Assembly: GCA_965153355.1 (NCBI GenBank)
Contig: OZ231126.1
Coordinates: 4,774,001 to 4,838,000 of the forward strand
DNA from: Flaccisagitta enflata
Lineage: Eukaryota
DNA length: 64,000 nt
Direction: 5' to 3'
Of the stretch, positions 60,685 to 64,000 are shown one piece after another. The first letter of the stretch is position 1. Each line of letters begins with the position of its first letter. The translations under genes were made by a program, and so were the position numbers. Under the pieces are notes generated by a model that saw only the letters and a list, made by a program, of their open reading frames with translations, searched no databases and was not told the DNA's origin.

Positions 60685-63600
60685 ATTCAATTTCTAGTTG
60701 CGGACACGCAACTCTATAAGTAGAGGCTTTGTCTGTCCATCCGTTGGTCCGTTAGTCCGTTGGTGCATTGGTCCGTCGGTCCATCACGCTTAAGTTGAAA
60801 ACGCAAAAAACATGTATTTAGGATATTGCAGTTGGTATCATTTGTGTGTGAGGAGGTTGGGGGTGTGGTTGGGATGAGGGTAGGATGCCCCTGCCCACCC
60901 GTCCTCAACAATATTGTGACCCCGCGTAACATGTTCTACTGACAAAGATTTCATAAACGCATTCATTCAGAGATTGCTCTGTCTCTGTGTCATGATGACA
61001 TGACAAGATGATACTTTTAAAACACGGCAAGCTGATGCCTCAAAATCGAGAGTGAGGCCGTCAATAGATTATGAAATTAAATTCATCCGATGGACGTGTA
61101 ATTTCAACTTCATCAATTATCAAAATGGCGAGCAACGCTGTAACCAAATCTTATCAAACAACATAGAATTTTACAATCATCAAAATACTCATTAGGATGA
61201 TTGAAAACAAAAAAATGCTAATAAAACTATATTGAAATATATTAAATATATTACTATATTGAACTATATATGAAATTATGTATGGATACTTACTAAAATA
61301 ACTTTTATGAAACAACGCGAGTCACGATGAAAATGATTTACCAGTCTAAAGGCAGATGTTCAGCGGCACCCATCCCTTGAGCCAGGATAAATACTAAGAA
61401 AGAAAAGAAGCAAACCTCGCTTGGCTTCTCAGTTCAAGCCATGATTTAGGTCTTGAAATTACAGGCTGCAAGCTCTAAAGGCAAGAGCAAGCCTTTTGGG
61501 CCATAAGTTTTATGATAGAATGGGCACAATTTGGGCATTCAAATGAAACATTATTTCTATGCACTTTTCTTGTTCCTTTTGCATGATAAGAGTCCAATCT
61601 CTTTGGAAAATTGATTAAGGCTTGATCTAGGCACTCCATCATCAATGCTGTAGTTATATAGAATTGATTGCTGGAGTTATGAGAGAAATTTCTTCCATAA
61701 TAATTTTATACAACTACATCATTGATGACGGAGTGCCTAGCTCAAGTCCAAATCAATTTTCCAAAGAGATTAGGCTCTTTATATGCAAATGGAACATGCA
61801 AAGTGCTTGGAAATTATATTTCATTCAAATGCCCAAATTGAGCCCACTCTATTGCATAACCATCAGGATTTCAAAATATAATTTTGAGTTCCCTGAAGCG
61901 GCCAAAGTCCTGTAGAACCTGGGGCAAAATGATGAATATTAGATGGCCGTAACAATGGACCACCAATTTTGCCAAGATAGACAAATGGTTATCTGGATGT
62001 ATGCACAGGGAGTTGGAGGGATGGAAAAATAGTTTTCCCATGTGGGAAAGCGCAGGAAACCAGGCCCTTTGGGGCCGCTGCTCAAAAATAAACATAAGGC
62101 ACTTCAAACACAGGACCTTAAATTTGACTCAGGGGTGGGATGCGGGGCACAATGAAGTCTTTTATTGGGGGAATGGCACAGCAGATGAGTGGGACGCCTC
62201 CATGCAGTATCTAAAAGACGGATATGACCAAACCAAAATTGGTTCAACCAAAAAGGCTTCCTCGCGATTGTCATTGCAAGGCCAAATTCCAGCACATTTC
62301 TACTGACATCTTTCAACTGTGAGCAACAATCAAGACTACACCCTGCCTTATCTGTTGGTCGGTGGTTGCGTCCGTTTGTTGCATTTATTTTTTTCACTTT
62401 TTTATATTTCTGCGGTCCTTGGCCTCATTGTGCCTGCCCAAATGCTCTAGTTTACCTCTGCCCAACCTGCCCAAATGCTCCAGTTTACCTCAAATATGGC
62501 CTTTGCCCACCCGCACGCGACTGGGGTAGCTGTGTATCTGGCCTTGTTTTTGTTAAACGCGTTTTCAGCGTTAACACAAATTCATGAATTTCAACAACCC
62601 CATGAAGGAGCAAGCCGGTGAACAGAGCCTACTAAAGTGGAGCGCTGCAGAACAAATGAGCGAAGTGAGCGGCGCCAGCAAACAAACATAGCAAGCGATC
62701 GAGTGGCCAGTTTATAAAGCAATTGTCATGTGTGGAAACTGGCCCTTAATCAATGATAAGCTGGAATTGCGTCAATATTGTCCAATACGTAATCAATTGA
62801 GATGACAAATAAATGTCTTTCCTGAAAAAAAAATGTCTTGACATGAAAATCAAATGCGTACATGAAACATTGATAATCATAATACATATATGATATATTA
62901 CGCATTCAATTTTTAGAGTACTTCAGAATGTCAGACTTGTCAAAATTTCAGACATTCTAGTTTAATATACATAAGAGAGTTGGCTCAAGAGTATAACAGT
63001 AGTGACAGAAAATTTGATACAGAACTTTTTGACACTCTCTATTGATTTATTGACAACTTTGGTTATCATTCAATATCAAACAATACATCATTTGAAAGTT
63101 TATCAAAAGTTCTTCAAAAGCTTATTTTATGCGAGTTGGTCAGTCCTTTGGTTTGGCCTCAGTATTGAGTTGAAGTATGGTGGTTATGACTTTTCTACTC
63201 AGGATTTGAAATTATATAAAAGAACTTTGCATCTGTTTTTTTCTACTCCAGCCCAAATTACCTCCAAAAAATAAGAAAGGCCATAATTCTCAAATACTAT
63301 AGATCAGCAGGTAAAATGATGGACCAACTAATAGCCTGACGCAGCAGCACAAAGAGCCGTGGAGCAAAAATCAAGTATTGAAGGATTTACGGATAAAATT
63401 CTCCTAAAATGATCATCATTTGACCATCATAATTAAAATCATTACTAAGCATAAACCATAAGAGCAAAATATCTCCACAAGGTCAGGTTTTGAAGCACTT
63501 TGGAAGAGTTTGCAAAGAAAATTCAATGCGAGGTTGAAAAATACTTCCGATTAGCCATATATCCATGCAAGATAGCGATCAACTTTGTATCAAATTTTCT

Positions 63601-63872
63601 GTCGCTACCTAAGAGTTTAGATAATAGAGTTTAATATACATAAAAGAGTTCGCATAAGAGTATGCATAAGAGTTTACATGATAGAGATTAATATGCATAA
63701 GAAAGTGTTTGGCTTAAGCACGGTATTGACTAAGCTGGAAAAAAAAAGCAAAATATGCTTGTCAACAGACTACATTTAGAAAATTGAAATTAAACCAAGT
63801 CATAGAAGTAAAGCAAAAAGAATAGGCTTCTTTTGTTTTAATTTTGAGCAGCAAAGACAGCAAAGACAGCAA

Positions 63873-64000
63873 AGAAACGCGGTTAGGAACACCATGGTCG
63901 AAAACAGCTGAGAAACGCAGTTAGGAACACCATGGTCAATAACAACTAAGAAGTGCGGTTAGGAACAGCATGGTCAATAACAGCTGTGAAATGCGGTTAG
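63873..64000. repeat. ~38-bp tandem repeat running off the window end
   Basis: GAAACGCGGTTAGGAACACCATGGTCAATAACAGCTGA-type unit repeated 3+ times. Confidence 0.8.

Noticed and set aside
62001-62306. 101-aa ORF
   Set aside because: Overlaps a degenerate family B-like element (GGGGCCGCTGC motif); no domain recognised.

Overview
This is a repeat-rich, intron-containing metazoan (invertebrate-like) genomic window; the species cannot be identified from the sequence. Three spliced genes were reconstructed by hand. (1) An 18-coding-exon SID-1/SIDT-family 11-TM membrane protein gene (minus, 1324-20386, ~1065 aa) with an intact CREST Zn-binding His triad and a repositioned large cytosolic loop. (2) A 2-exon BTB/POZ (SPOP-like) gene (plus, 30310-34063) whose BTB domain carries a ~110-aa Gly/Ser insertion. 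(3) A 4-exon gene (minus, 37581-46599, ~809 aa once insertions are removed) with an architecture I do not recognise: signal peptide - pentraxin - PAN/apple-like - sushi/CCP-like modules - TM - 3x31-aa repeats - RNFT1/2-type RING. This looks like a pattern-recognition receptor fused to an E3 ligase. In this copy it is hit by a TIR transposon and a tRNA-derived SINE in coding exons, and probably by a MITE in a splice donor. The rest of the window is a decayed Helentron (PIF1 helicase + AP endonuclease), many HINE/DINE-1-like non-autonomous elements, TA- and 8-bp-TSD MITEs, a 2.9-kb tandem duplication, a 370-bp satellite, and micro/minisatellites. Most ORFs in the supplied track are repeat artefacts.
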